Shown here one piece after another: positions 1-14,800 of a DNA stretch of 45,597 bases. The position numbers and the translations under genes were made by a program. This stretch comes from Catajapyx aquilonaris. Taxonomy: Eukaryota. The stretch covers positions 62,001 to 107,597 of the forward strand of contig JYFJ02000809.1 of NCBI GenBank assembly GCA_000934665.2. Direction: 5' to 3'. Position 1 is the stretch's first letter. The number at the start of each line of letters is the position of its first letter. The notes beneath the pieces were generated by a model. The model was not told the origin of the DNA. It worked only from the letters and a program-made list of their open reading frames with translations, and did no database searches.

Positions 1-3000
1 CCGAACCCCAGATAATTGAAAATCAGTTGATTACAAGAGGCTAGCGTGAGAATACTTTCCGGGACAATACACTTCCTTCACATTGTTCCGAACAGCAAAG
101 GAGCAAATCAGAGCAGAAAGGCATCCAGTTGCTTTCCTCTGAGCGACGCAATTTCTCTCTCTCCCTCAACCAGTGATTAGCGACCGAGAACGAGCCTCTC
201 CAAATTCCGGCAAACTGGAGCCCACCTAGATCAAAAGACCACCCAGATCCGAAGATCCACCTATACGTAAGCACGAAGACGGCAGTAAATCCAGGCCCAT
301 TTCAGTAATAACGCCGCAACCCTCACCAAGGGATTCTCCAGCATAAAGCCAAACAATCAACTGACTCTCGCCTTGTTTTCTCGCATTTCAGAAGTGGGTA
401 TATATACATGCAGTCAACGGTCTGAAAGTGAAGGTGACGAGCACATGTAAGAGGCGACACTATGTGTACGCAACTGCTGTCATTTTCCCCTGCAAACACG
501 GACATCGCTTCTGTTGACACCATGCAAATATCCCAGCGTAATAGAGAACCTCTAAATTCAGGTTGGCATGCAGTGGAATGTGTTTTTAAAAATTGGGCAT
601 CACCGGAAAAATGGGGAGAATTGGCATTTTATTCAAGGCCTTTGTCACCTCTGCTGGGTCCACTGAGTTAATTAGTTAGGGGCATTTTAGAATTGGATGC
701 ATAGAATTCCTGCAATATTCTCAATAGGAGCGTCACCCAGGCGTATGTGCAGTGCAATTACATTTGGCACAATGAAGGTAGCTCGGTGGACTGAGGGTAC
801 CTTTAGGGGCATTTCCACAGGCACATTGTGAAGCTTCATCAAACCTACTATACTGAAAGCAATTGAGCACATTCGGCGACTCTTCTCGTCTAGTTGTGGG
901 AATTCCATTGGCTGCACTTCACCATTTTAGAGAGAAAATTTTCAAGTGACACTAGGTTGTGTACAGTATAGTGGCTAGTCATCCTGAAATAAAAAAGTGC
1001 ATTCCAGAGAATTATTTGCATATTTTAGTGCAATTCTACCCCCCTGCATGAAAGCACTTCATCACGAAAAAACCCGGCTGGACAATAATGAATCCCGACA
1101 CTTCACTTTGGCAATGGCCCATTAACAGTCCGGATTTAGTAAGACCTCATTAAAAACAAATCTGCTTTAAAAGCGACCTGTAAAAAGACTGGGGGGTCTC
1201 ATTTCTCTGCACTCTTAATCACTTAATTGGGGCAGTGCCTCATTTCAGCAAAACTCACAAAGTTACATGTTACTGCTAAGTAGTGAGCAACATCAAAGTA
1301 GTGTACAAGCTGGATAGAAGATGAGTACAGCCACGAGTACTACTTCAGCTGGATGTAGACAACGAGTCGTAACTAGAGTACTTGATAGTGATGATACATA
1401 AACATAAGACACATTAGCAGCATACTTGGTTTACATTGCATTTTTGCTATTTTGCTAACCTCTTGAGAGAGTTATGCAATACTCAGTTTGTAAGACAAAC
1501 ACACCTATAGCACACAGGAAGTGCACCAAAATTGAAAAGCAGGCTTTGAAGAGTCGCAAGTGGAATAGTCGACAGTTTGGTACGCAAATATTTGACCGGG
1601 TTCTGTAGGAATCGCGGTTAGAGAGAGGGACTCGAAGAGAAAATGGCAGATGTCCCGCCGGATTTAAATCCTCTATTAGGATCCACGCCCAAATACCACC
1701 GGAACTTTAGACTTTAGATCAATCATGCAAGCGCAAACCCCTGAATTGAACTGATGAAGTGACGGGGGAGGACAAGTTGCTCTCTGCGGGGCTTACCAGG
1801 GTCGCATTTCATTTCCAGGACCTGACCATCAAGTTTGACCCTCCAGGCCTTGCAGGGACTTCCCCATTTCCATGGGAAGCAAACGAATGGTAATTGAAGT
1901 GCAGAGTTTGGTACTAACAGGGGAGTCTTTAATAATTCGTTTGTTAATTGAACGTCGCTGAAGAACAGAATCGACGCTATAAAATCGGGGAGAACCATTT
2001 AGCACTTTATTGCCATAATATTAATCCGGTTTCCAATGGACCACTGTGTGGGCACTATTGGTCGTAACTAATTACACGAAATAAATACCATGGGCGTAAC
2101 ATTTACTGTGGCAGCATATGAAATAATAGCAGCAGCCTATTATTTATTGCACTGTTTAACAATATTGCATTTTCCAGTCAAAATCTGAAACAAAAACATT
2201 GAATATTGCCACAAACCTAATTGAAATCGTTATTTGTTAAAATGGCGCGCCAACAAAACGATCTGTCGTTTTTTTTGTGCTAGTCACGTAGTCCGTCTAT
2301 TGAATCCCATAAAACAAAGAGCCGTGTCACACCTCGTGCGGAATAAATCACTTGAAAAACTGACGCTGTGATACTTTCGGGTCAGATAAAAGTGAACCAA
2401 TCAACACATTACTTCCTGCACTGTACGCGTCAGTTAAACTGAATGAATACCCATCATCCCGTGAGGCTGCGCAATGTTTGTTTTTCACGATTTGTGGGTA
2501 TGAGCTGTCGCTTCGTCCTAACGCGCTGCCCTCATTTCGCCTCCCCCAAATGGATACAAATCTCGTAAGTCGGCAAAAAATATGAAAATGCAAAATGAAA
2601 GCTTAATGTTTTCCAAAAAAAAAAATCGCAGAAGGGACCCAATGTTAATAATGTATTACGAAGAGGAGATCGTAATCTCCTGTGTTTTGTACCGGTAGAA
2701 TATTAATTAACGGATCGTAATTTATGATCAAAGGCTAGCATCCAAGATCGTTATTTGAATTAAGCTCATAAGCTTTGCAAAGGCACTAGGTACAGTACAG
2801 CCAACACCTGCAATTCGGCCAAACATACAATGACAAAACACTCTTAGCCAACCCAATCTTCCAGGCAGTGCATTTTGGCCTAATGCATTATGCAGAGGTA
2901 CAGTCTTTAAAAAAACACCTCCAGGCGGCAAAAAGAGGGACTAGAAATGACATAACCCAGGCCCTCGTCATATGCACTGCTTTGATTCCTTATGCATATG

Positions 3001-3815
3001 AAGATGAGCCGCATGACTTTGCTTGGGTTATGCAATTTTTTGCTCTTTCCAAGGCGTTTTCTGCACTTTGAAAGTATTATTCATTAAATGAAGTGCATCT
3101 CCAGAGGGCTCGAAAAGTTGATGTACCGAATCAACATATTTTGTGGTTTTTTTTGGAGGAACGGCACAAAAAAACTACTACGCTGTAATCATTATTTGGA
3201 ATCCTTTGGCCTTCCGGAAATTAAAAAACTTTGAAAATAAAGCTAACCTCGTTACGAACTCTTGAGTTTTGATACCACCGCGGGGCTTTCAAAGTGAATG
3301 TACTGTACTAAAAAGAGAGCGTTCAAACCAGCTATATCAACTGGAAAAGCTAACAGTCTTAAATAACATTGTCGCAGCTGACAACTGAAACCTGCTCCAC
3401 ACAGCATAAATCCCACTTGTTCAACGTCACCACCAGCCGTGAACAAACAAAAACATACGAAGAAAATCAAAATTTTGGGGGTTGATGAATAACACCATCA
3501 AGCTTACCATTTTTTCATAGCAAAAATAATAGATAGACTAATTAAGTTCAGGAGGTCCTGTTGGGGGTAACCAGCATCACACAGTAATGTGAAACATGCA
3601 ACTGCTCTCGGGGCCCTCCCAGCATCATTAAAAGCATTTCACGTGCTGGGGACCACGAATTCTGTGGGGCGCATGTTTCACCACATCTGAGTTGCACCGG
3701 ATGCCACTGGGACGAGACAAGGACCGCAAACTGGAGACACGACAAGTGACTAATTTCTAGCTGTCAAGGTGGTTGCAAGTTGTCTTTGACAAAAATATAT
3801 TTAAGATCTGCATAC

Positions 3816-4082
3816 CATATGACTCGTCGTCTGCTGTTGGCGTCCTCGCAGCGTCGTACGATGGCGCAGTATCGGTCCATGGCAATGGCTGTGATAGTTC
3901 CGACGGATACCATCACGTTGGTCCCTTGCATGGCAGGCACCAGTTTGCAAAGGAAGCTCCCCAGAGCCCACTTCCTTCTGAGCAGGCCAACCAGGGTGAA
4001 GGGCATGCACACCAGGCACAGGCTGAGGTCAGACACAGCTAGGTTCACCACGTACAGGTTACGGGGTGTCCGTGAGGCCGAC
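3816..4082 (-). CDS. GPCR coding exon 2 (ICL1, TM2, TM3, DRY)
   Basis: Acceptor GTTGCAG|G at 4083 and donor TG|GTATGC at 3815; 267 nt; encodes NLAVSD and MDRY. Confidence 0.92.
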
Positions 4083-5379
4083 CTGCAACCCAACATATGT
4101 ATTGATAAACTGACGTGGTGCTTCAAAAGACCATTATCGACTGATGGCTATTTCCACGAAAAATGGGCATCCACCTATCAAACGTGTGTTGACAAAGACT
4201 TTGTCGACACATCCCAAAGAGTGGGGATACATTGCGTACATATTGGTACAGCCAGAAACAATAACCAGGAGGGAGGCCGGATACACATCGGCGAGGGCTG
4301 CCTGTCTGCTCGCAGATGTTGCTTTCTCATTATTCTACAAGTTTTTTTTTTTTTTTTGCAACATGCATCCGTTCATGTCTCTGGTGCAAATACACTGCAT
4401 TATTAAAACTGAAGTCAACAGAGACTTCCTGTAACATTTTGGCTGCACTGTTTGTTGGCAACATGCGCTGGCAATGTCATGATGACATAACCTGGACAGG
4501 GTGTTCCGTAATAACACTGGTGTACTTGTATGGGCCACAGTCTCAGAGGCATTCTATGTGTTGCTGGATAGTCTTTCAGGTAATGTTACACTACATGATA
4601 AAATTTTAGGAACGAGGCTGAGGGCATGACACAACTACGCAATGTGATCCCTCTATAAGTTTGGTAGTTATATACGGAACACCCTGTATACGTCCCACAA
4701 ATGCTGACCATATTGTTTCCCAAATGATCAGTACATTAAGAATTTATGACCTCATATTTGACAATACCGATGTCATAAGCAATCAATTGCCAGAAACAGT
4801 GGTTATTGACACATTCAGCAGTCACTTGGAATTGGATTGTGCAACACTGACTGTGATTTCGCTGCAGGGACACTAATATCATTTTAAAAAGTTATGCGGG
4901 CTTGTTATAGCTGCTAGAAATCATATAATATTTGAAGAAACGAAATTTGCACTGGTTTCTCAACAACATCCAACATCCCTTTCATCATTTGACAAGCGCA
5001 ATTTATTCAAGGGCCCGCAGTATTCATGTGAAAGGGAGACTCGAACGGGACGTATACAGTATATTCCAACAAAAGAGCCACAACAGCAAGGTACTTGTGT
5101 GTCTGAATTTAATTAAATTATACAGTACCTTCGGGCAACGACGAGGATGATAAGGATATTGGTGGCCAGTCCCGAGACTATGAGAAGCACATAGACTGCC
5201 ACAAGAGCAGCTTCAGCAGCCGGAGTCAAATTACTGTCCTCGCTTTGCCTCTCAAAGAGGATGTCATAGGCTTCTTCCAGGCTGAAGTTGAACATCTCCC
5301 TCTGGCTCAGGTTCTGAGAGAAGGTCATCATCAACTGTTCCAAGTCACGTAAGGCCACGTAGCCCTCACGATCGCTCAT
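3816..5379 (-). CDS. Neuropeptide F/Y receptor-like class A GPCR, 5' partial gene: join(5129..5379, 3816..4082); TM4-TM7 exons not found in window
   Basis: Spliced translation MSDREGY...VAVYVLLIVSGLATNILIILVVAR|RSASRTPRNLYVVNLAVSDLSLCLVCMPFTL...WALGSFLCKLVP...TITAIAMDRY. It shows the TM1 Asn, TM2 LAxxD, ECL1 WxxG...C and TM3 DRY motifs. GT/AG sites are in a consistent phase 2. Confidence 0.9.
4497..4686. mobile_element. Tc1/mariner-type MITE (~190 bp) in GPCR intron 1
   Basis: Terminal inverted repeats CAGGGTGTTCCGTA-ATAAC (left) and GTTAT-A-TACGGAACACCCTG (right). TA on the right flank and GA on the left (decayed TA TSD). Confidence 0.7.
5129..5379 (-). CDS. GPCR coding exon 1 (N-terminus with N-glycosylation sequons NLS/NFS/NLT, plus TM1)
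   Basis: First ATG at 5379 (the ORF-track start at 5409 is GTG). Hydrophobic TM1; donor AG|GTACTG at 5128. The choice of start codon is less certain than the exon itself. Confidence 0.82.
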
Positions 5380-7170
5380 CTCCACCGAGGCTATCCCTAG
5401 ATGACGCACAAAAGCGCAGCCATTACTCAGACTGCGACTGGTTTGGCTACGAGGACTGTATCTCGTCTCTTACAAAGATGTAACTATGCAAGATATACCT
5501 GGCAGCAATATGACTTATGCATTTCATGCACGTTTAATGAAGGGTTGAGACAGAAAGGAAGTAAGGCACTCGAGATGTAGGACACAAAATGCAATTGCGC
5601 CAGTTAAGACCTTTTTGGTTATCGAACAAGATCATGCATATAATTTGAATGCAGAGAAGAATGAGTTATGCAGCAGATCTGCGTGCTTTGCATTGCCAAA
5701 TTCTATAAATGGCATAGGCAAACAAGGTATTTCGTACAGCATATGGCACATGCAGAAGTCACTTATAATGCGGTTCCAATACTCCACTTTATAATTATGA
5801 AGCTTTAGCATTAAACGCTATCTTCGGAGGCACACCCCGCCTGTAATAGCAAAGGGACTGAACTTCCGTCTTATCTTTACACTTTACACACAGCTCTGAA
5901 AGCATACCGACTGAACCAAACAAAATAGTGAAGTACTATTGAAAACCTGAAATGCAGAATGATTATACTCATAATTGACTGATTACGATGTGTGATGATA
6001 TTGAGTTTGAAGGTCCATCGTCTTGAACCAGTTTATTAATTACTGTAATTAATATTCCCAATTCAATATATTAATAAATTCCTAACCTGGAGAGCAGGTG
6101 GAGATAATTACGCGAATTGTATAATACTTTGGACATATCATATTTAACATGGGAAACTTGGTTTGCACAAATTTGAAAAGAATAACTGGCTCTCTTCTAT
6201 GTAAACTGATATCGCAACACCTGTTTTACCCACGCACCGTTGCAAAATGCGTAGCTTTTCTTGTTCAACACCATTCAGGCAGTGCGGTCCTGCTAATTAC
6301 TGGCACAGTACCCCATTTAAAAGGCATCACACTGCTAATGACCTTGGTCATTAGTTCAAAAATGGTGTGTCCAGTTTTTATAGGCTACCAGATGGCCGAG
6401 TAAACTGAAGTTGGAATTTGCCCTCGTTGATGACAAATAGTCCCAGAATTTACGAGATCCACGCCCCTAAAACCACACATACAAAAATATATACTCGTAT
6501 ATAAACTAATGCTTCAATTGTGACCGCAAAAGTAGTTTCACTTGTAATAATCAATACTGCTTGCCATTTTCGTTATTGGGCGCTCGATTCTGTACTTCTG
6601 TATATAGCTACACACAAACCCATCCCGTTTCCACTGATATTCCTACCTCTCAAAACTTGCAAATTTCATTACACTCATGCACATTCCCACATAATATGCA
6701 TAATGTATAGTAGTATAGACCAGTATAGACTATACCAACCTTTACTTCCAGATGCAAATATTCTCCTGCACTGTAACTCGTGGGCATGGCCATATGTTCA
6801 AAAATGATTTCATAATAATTATAAGCCTAAGCTACAAAATTTATCGTCAGGAAACGCTTCCTGGTTTCGCCCTAATATTCCCTACAATTTAGTGCCAAAT
6901 ATTTCATTTATCAACATTATTTTATTAACATTATCATCCATGCATTCCACTTGCAATAATCTCGCGAATTGAACCATCATAAATGGGTGATTCTGGGGCA
7001 ACAAATGTCGCAGACGAACCGATTGAAATTAACCAGCAAGTAGCCAGGGTATTTATGATCCTTTGCAGTTACCTATTTACATGTGCATGCAAAAATTATT
7101 CAGAACGTGATCCTGGTCTTTCCCCCCTTATCACCGATTAGGTGAGGAAATATTCTTCATCATCGTCACG

Positions 7171-7250
<80 letters not shown>
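7171..7250. repeat. (ATT)n microsatellite, ~26 units
   Basis: Directly visible perfect trinucleotide run. Confidence 0.98.
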
Positions 7251-7251
<1 letters not shown>

Positions 7252-10200
7252 ATATTTATTGTTATTTTTACTTGCTAGTAACTATTTATAATAGTGCGTG
7301 TTTAAACGACGTACTTTGACACCGGGGACAGCATTCTGGATCTAGATATTCTCTGCAACTTAATTGAAATAAGAAGTGGAAACCTTCTAATGGGTCTCCC
7401 ACATTAGCATCTACTTTGTATGTGTCATGGCCAGCGTAGACTAACTTTAATGAGTTCTAAGGCAGGTGGACGTCCCCTTCAGAGAGAGTACAGTACAGTC
7501 CATGTAGCCAACTTTCCGACTCGGCATGCTGACACACTTCCACGATTCTGGAAATTAATGCATTTCGCAGCCGCTGGCTCTGAAGAGTACTTTGAGATTT
7601 TTTTGGGTTAAAAGTAACAACATACTTCATGCAGAGGGAAAATATGACCTCATAATGCCTGAAGAAATTATACACTAATTAAGCACCATATGTGTCTCAT
7701 TCACTATTTCAAGGCAGACAGATGAAACTACTGTTGCGTAATATCAAGCCTGCTTGATTCAGCATTGTAACAATTTTTGCAACGATAAATTTGAATAATA
7801 TTTATATATGCCCACGTGCTGTAGACAACAGAAACTCAGCCTATCTAAGCATGATGGGTCAAACGGCAAACTCACTCGGGAAGATTATGATATAATTATG
7901 CTATAATGCAAAATGCCACATCTCTAACTTTAAGCATCTGATGCTAGCATCTCAAACGTTCTTCGAAGCGTAACTAATTGTTATAGACAGTCGAACTGGC
8001 AGGCGTATTTCACTGGAAAAAATGTGTTCCGTCAAGTTAAGCAGAAGTGCCTGTGAATTCATGCGAGGTCTCTCTTCTCGGCCGAATGCGCAAAGTAATA
8101 TAAGCTATCGTCTCCCGCAGTCAACAAATAAACCGGAAGCCAAACTTATGAGGTATTTTTCATCTGCAAGACTGTTGCTACCGTTTTATCTGAAAAGAGT
8201 CCTTATTCTATGCCTCGTCTCCCAATGGTGAAGTTGGACCGCCGGTACTTCATAAACTTTATGGGCCGAATAAAAGGACAAAAGATTTATTCTCAGTCAC
8301 CACGGGTAACTGGCTGCGCCAGTGGTGCCCCATTCATCTTCCAGATTTAATGATGATAATATTATAAACTTTTTTTCGAGGTGGGATATCCTCGGCTTTC
8401 CTCAAACATTTTAATTTTACTTTCATCACATAGCCAACGACGTAACGCTGATAGACGTCTTTTATGAATGAAAGAATCGACTATATGAAGGCAGGGTTTC
8501 ACATCAACAAAGGGCTTAAGGCAAGGAGTGAGAAATTACTTTCCTGCAGTTCGCTTAAGAGAGTTTCAAAATTATTCCCTTTGAAGATTTGTAGAATATT
8601 AGAATTCTTTCTTTATGGAGCACCGTCTTGTGATTAATGATAATTTTAAATTATGTTCGTTGTATGTTGGTGACATAGGTTTGGGGGCTTTGGGTCATCA
8701 AGATCTATACGTCGATAAACTTTCCAGTAACCTGCCAATGTGTCACATACAGTGTTAGGGATACGCTTGACCGTCTCTCTCTGGTAGAGCTACAGGCGTT
8801 GGCAAGCGAAAGAAGTGGTGCGGTGAAGCGGGGACTTGGGCCCTTTGTCCGAAATTCCTACTTTGAGAGCAAAGCCTGTGGTTTATGGGAGGGATCCTTG
8901 CATCGAAAATACTCGCTTTAATACGCAAGGTTTTCCGCGAAATGTCACAACTGAAGCGTGCCATCGCGAAACACACAGCTGATAATTCGCATGTTGTTTA
9001 AACAATGTGTGTATTAAAAAAGTGTGCGGGGTCAAAAAGGCCAATTATCTGGTAAATTTTTTAAAAAAATCTCGTGCTCATTAACTCCAGTAATGATAAT
9101 TCATACCATGATGTTCCATTTAATTCTTTTAGAACCCTGCAGATCCCATTATGAATAATGCAAGGAATAATGTTGCCATTGTTCCTTTCTCATCTAAAGA
9201 CCCATAAAAATGTTTCCAGGGGAAAAATGAGCCTGGAGGTAGAACAGATTTTCTGGAAATATGACACAAGCAGAAAAATCCAATTTCGCGCGATAAATGC
9301 AAATGTTCCTACCGCGCCAAGTTATCGCCGCCCCAATTCTTCCTATAAGACAGCTAGGTTTACAAATGGCTCCTAACCAGTTTAATTTGCCAAGATGGTA
9401 CCAGCTGCATACGGCCCTGCAGAAAACATAGTCCTTCTCTATTCACACCCACAAATGACATATTAGCAAATGTCACTCAGCAAAGAAATGCAAACATATA
9501 TACTCTTACCTGTACTACACTGCTACCTTCAAAAAATTCCACTTCATCTTCACATAATTACGAACTCTTTGGATAACTGTCCATACTCAAACAGATCCTC
9601 CAAACTTCTCTTGGAAGAGTACACAACCATAAATAACTACATTCAACAAGCACGCGAAGCGGTGATATAACGTCGAAGAGCACACAAAGTAATGGGGAGG
9701 AAACACCGTAGTATATTGCTGAAGCAACAGGCAGTATCCGAGGAGATTGCAGGAAAGTTAGGGCTATGCTAGTGCTCCTAGTTCCAGCCGGAGACTGAAA
9801 TTGGTTTCCTCTCCTGGAACAGGACTTCTGGAAACAGGGGCGCCGGCGCCAAAATTATGCCTCGACGGGCCTAGATATGTGGGGTCGAATTTTTTTTTGT
9901 GGTGCTTATCAGGCTTAATTCTATGTTTGGTCTGTCACTTCATGTGCAAATGTGTGTCAACTACAGGGAAAGGCATCGCATTTGAACACTTGCTGGAGGT
10001 TGGCTTGAAAACTGTCAGTTTCTAGCTAGGCGCAGTGCATTTTAAATTAAGATGCCCACGGCTGTACAGTACGCTGCATTTTTGAAAGATGCCTGGAAAT
10101 TTTTTCATAAAAGCAGCTGGCTTGCCAGATTGTGGTATCGTAATATTAAAATTTTTCGTAATTTGGTTTCTCAATGCAGATGAGTACTATAGTAAAACTG

Positions 10201-11690
10201 TTCTACAATAATAACTTAAACTCCACTGCATAATAAAGTTTCATGATTGGGAAATATAAGCACCATAGCCTATACATAATAATTATTTGAGATCCTTCTG
10301 TGGAAGGCTTGTGAATATTCTGGGTTGAGAGTTGTTCAACCATGTGTGCATATGTGCAGGTGAGTCATCACGATCAATTTTCAAGTGGGCATGAAGTGTA
10401 ATGGCCTGGAAAACTGGATTACATTGCATGATAATCGGCATGAGTGGGAGCGAATTACAATATTTTACTTTTTTTCAAATACAAAAGAGAGACGTGCCTG
10501 CTGAGCATTGCAAAGCTGCGTAAATTGTTGGAAAATATTGGCTTACAAATGAGGACGAGCAAATGCACAATAAAATGCCCTGTGTGGATTTCATTTTTGT
10601 CTATAGAGTAAAAGAAGAGTATATATCTACTTGGTATACATGAACGTTCAAACAATAACAGTAGATGTTATTAGAGTTGGCTACTTTAAATAGCGGTAGA
10701 TAATTTCACACGACCTTGCCATGATTCTTGGCTGGAAGGGGAATAAAATCTCAATTACGCAAAAGAATATGTGCTTGTCGAGAAATCTTCCATTGGAAAT
10801 AGGCCTTTCTTCGGAGGTATAATGACTTTCTATAGTTCTAGTTTGTATGAAGAGGATTAACAGGAAATGAGAATTTCTGATTTTCCGTCCCGATTTATTT
10901 CTCCAGGCCACTCAACAGAATTTAGGAAAGTATCCCTTTGTGCTCTGATGATTTATTTCCGATGAGATCTCGGAAAGAATATTTTGGCCAGTCGTGTGCA
11001 CCATGTTTACGATTCCGAAATTTTACGCTGCCTTCCGAATATTGCTGCTCGCACTAGTTCTTTCGTGTAGCTATACCATCCTGTGAATCATAGCATACAC
11101 GCAATAACATAATTATAGGAAAAATTGCAATCCACTATGATAATGATAGAGGAAATGTGCCAAATAGTTGGAAGTCTGCCAGGCAGGCGATGCCTGTAAT
11201 GATCTTCAATATGCTAATCTGCTGAGCCGATATAATCATTCCAATTTTTTCCAGTTGCACTGCGGTTTTAAAAGGTCTAAAGCTACCCGCAGTTTCGGTT
11301 GCCAGTGGCTGTTTTCAATTACCTTGAGCTATTTTTGATGCAAAATATCAGGATACCCTATTTTGTGAAACCCCTGCACAAGACGGCAATGCCTATAAAG
11401 GAGTGATCGATAGGTAGACAGCTTGGGCCTTACTTCCTACAAGGAATATCTAGTAAGATGCAGAAATTCGCGTAAAGCTATTAGGGCTAGAGACCGAGAG
11501 TTCAAGTTGGGAGAGAGTTACACGAGAACTCACTTGAAGTCTAAATGGATTATGATTGATTCCATTCAATAATAAGGAATTTCGTTTCCCACGGCGGTGT
11601 CAACACATCGATTAGTACTCAACAGTCTACTCCTCTTCAACTCCCTGCTAAGCACATCAATTAATCTTTAACCTACACTGTGTAGTTGTC

Positions 11691-11837
<147 letters not shown>

Positions 11838-14800
11838 ATTAATTATATTCGATACTATTAATCCATTTTGGGACCAAATAGCAAATACTTGTGTAAACAA
11901 TAATATTGAAAAATCTATAGACTAAAATTAGTATATAGATTTTTAGTGAATCACTGCTGCTTTTTTTCTATAAACCTAGGAATTCCGTACATCGTATGTA
12001 ATGCGTATGTAATCGTATGTAATGCATTAATCAGACCTATAGTTTCTCAACATATAAATCTTAGCGTGAGTCTATATATGCAAACAAAGTATTGGTTTTG
12101 TCCTCTTTTTTATTTTTTTATTTTTTTAAACGCAGCCTTTCGTTATGGAAATTTTCGGTTCTAATGGATACTCTTGAAGGAAGCAGTGCATAATGATTGC
12201 GTCGTAAAAAAAAAAAAAAAACGCCATGAATTTTGGGATTCTCTTTCAGCTGCACAATGGCGGGATCGATTCGCTGCCACGGAATGCACTGACATCACCA
12301 AGAGCTGCAAATATTCCGTATCGCTATTGGCGGGTTCCTGTGCGTGGTCAATCACTATTATGCAATAACACTGGACAAATGTATTAGACCGGCATATTAC
12401 GTGTGTACACTTGATGTTGTTTGCACTGGATTTAATCAAGTGTGCCGTCACGAGTAGCATGGGAATATTATTAATGCGACTGACCTAATTAAAGGCCTGT
12501 TTTTAATCTGGAGCCAACTAATAAAATTTTGAATCAAAAAAATCTAGCAAATACGCATTTGCACCTGACGGGATAACACGCTGCAACTGACAAGCTCTCA
12601 GTACGCCACACATTATAGGTTCACACTTTGTTAGTCATTATAATTTCAACCCTGTCCCTGTCAACTTGTCATCAATCAATAAATTAAAATCAATACGCAA
12701 ATGCAGAAGTTAAAGATGAATCAGAAAAATTGACAATATTTATATTATAATTCAAATATGCTCTTGGCGGAACAAAACTGACTAATTAGGCCGATATTAA
12801 AATATTAATTTCACTCTCATTGGATTGTTGACTATATGAACTAATGAAGCCAATTGACAATGTTTTATCCACTGCAACCATTTCTAGTTTATGATTGCAA
12901 TAGCAGCTCAGCTCAGCTTAGCATTCAATGAGAGTTTGGCAATAACATCATCGCAGGTATTCTTCACAACCAACATGTCAGTTCTTCTCTTGGAATTGAA
13001 CAATAGAAAGCATCACTCGTTACATACTCATTTAATGCTCAACAAAGCCTACTGCCTTGATTGTCCTTTGAAAAGGGCAGGTGAGGAAAAATTCAGGTCA
13101 CACTGTTCGTTAACCAGAAGCTTTTGATCCTGCTGGCTGTAATAAGACACCTCCCGCTCTGGCTTTTATTTCGCCTATAGATACGCAGAGCCCAGACCGC
13201 AAAAAAGCTACCAGAACTAGCAGGAACCATTACATTCAGACTGCAAACCTCCGTTATGTTCATTCCAGCACCCACAAATTAATACATTGACCATCACAAC
13301 AACATAATAACGCTCTGGTGCGCATAGGGTGGGTGACATACTAAGCCCTATTCGCATATTGGTACTCTTCAACATTCCTATTACGTGGGCCTTTTGTCAC
13401 GGTGGAGTTACCTGAACCACCAGAATCGGAGTTTGAAGATGCGCGTGTGCAGTTTATATTTTTGCCTTAGGCACAGGCATGTGGAGACCGAAATATTGGC
13501 ATTCAAAATGTAAGAGCAACCTGCTTGAAGATAAAAGGAAACGCTTTCTCTCTCTATTCCATCAAACCTTCAAGTAATTCATTTTGCCTTCGGAGGTATC
13601 ATTTTGTGCAGCTTCCTATATACGCAACGTAATGGTATACAAACCCACCCAAAATAAAGTGCCTTATCCACATATTGCAGTAATGGAGGGCACAAGTCCT
13701 ATACTAATTTAATATTGAATGGTACAGTACGTATAATAATATTATGTTGACAGAAGAGCCAAACCATCCCAGAGATGCTGTGAGAATCTAAGACGTGCGT
13801 GTGTATGGCGTGTTCATTTCACGAGATTAAAGTGTGCAAGTGCCAAGGGGTCCAGTGCCCAGAGAAGAGGTGCTAACTGACCTTGTCATGTTGAAGTTCA
13901 GAGCACTTCACACTATAAATTGTGAGTACAGTGCAGGCAGAATTTAGCACACTGCAGTATGTACTTCACAGTGCATGCTGCAGTGCAGGGCAGTGGAACA
14001 ACGTAACGATAATACATATAGCATTGACGCAAGACTCTTCTTCGAAGTGGACCGGTGAAAAAGTCTCATATGGCCAAAAAAGAGAGAAACCGTTACTGAC
14101 GTCCATACTCATTTCGAGGCGGAAACTACGGACATGAGTTGGCTTTTGTTCACGCTGTATACTGCATAATTATATGCATACGCATACGCACTCCTTTTTA
14201 TGCAGCGTATGCAGTGTGTTCCAAGTATTGGAGTTCTTTTGTTTATCGCAAATTTTGCCCGAAGAGATTTTTTGCGCGGTTTTTTTGTGCCCCAATCGAG
14301 GTGCCAATTATACAGAAGCTGCTGTATTCAACTACACCTGGGAAAAATAATTATGGACCTGGGACCTGAGTCGTGGCGCAAAAACCTACACAAAAGTAAC
14401 AGCTTCGAGCGATTTGAGGTAACTAAAAGGGGCAGGATAGGTGTAACACATTGTACGAGAATATCAATTTCCTCCAAAGTTCAAGAAATATGTGACATCT
14501 AATTTTTCAAAGCATTTTTCCCTCTTAAATACTCGTACCTTGGAATGATTTCTTTTTAATATTATGCTCAAGTGGAATGTAAAATTACTAGTGACTTCTA
14601 TAGATCAGTGTGGTCCCCGTAAAGTTCATTTTTATTTAGAGATGAATGTGAATAACTGCACCAATTGGCACGCTTTCACTGGCTGATATCACAAGTTTTT
14701 GTTTCCTTACTTAGTACACAGCACAGCAGTATGACTCGATTAATGTCCAACACTGTACTGTATGACTGATGGAGGTCATCCTGTGGGTTATGCCATCCCC

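Noticed and set aside
41..3745. Short minus-strand ORFs as candidates for GPCR TM4-TM7 exons
   Set aside because: None shows TM4 Trp/Pro, TM6 CWxP or TM7 NPxxY motifs with compatible splice sites.
3780..4406. 208-aa plus-strand ORF
   Set aside because: Antisense shadow of GC-rich GPCR exon 2 extending into intron; no protein-like features.
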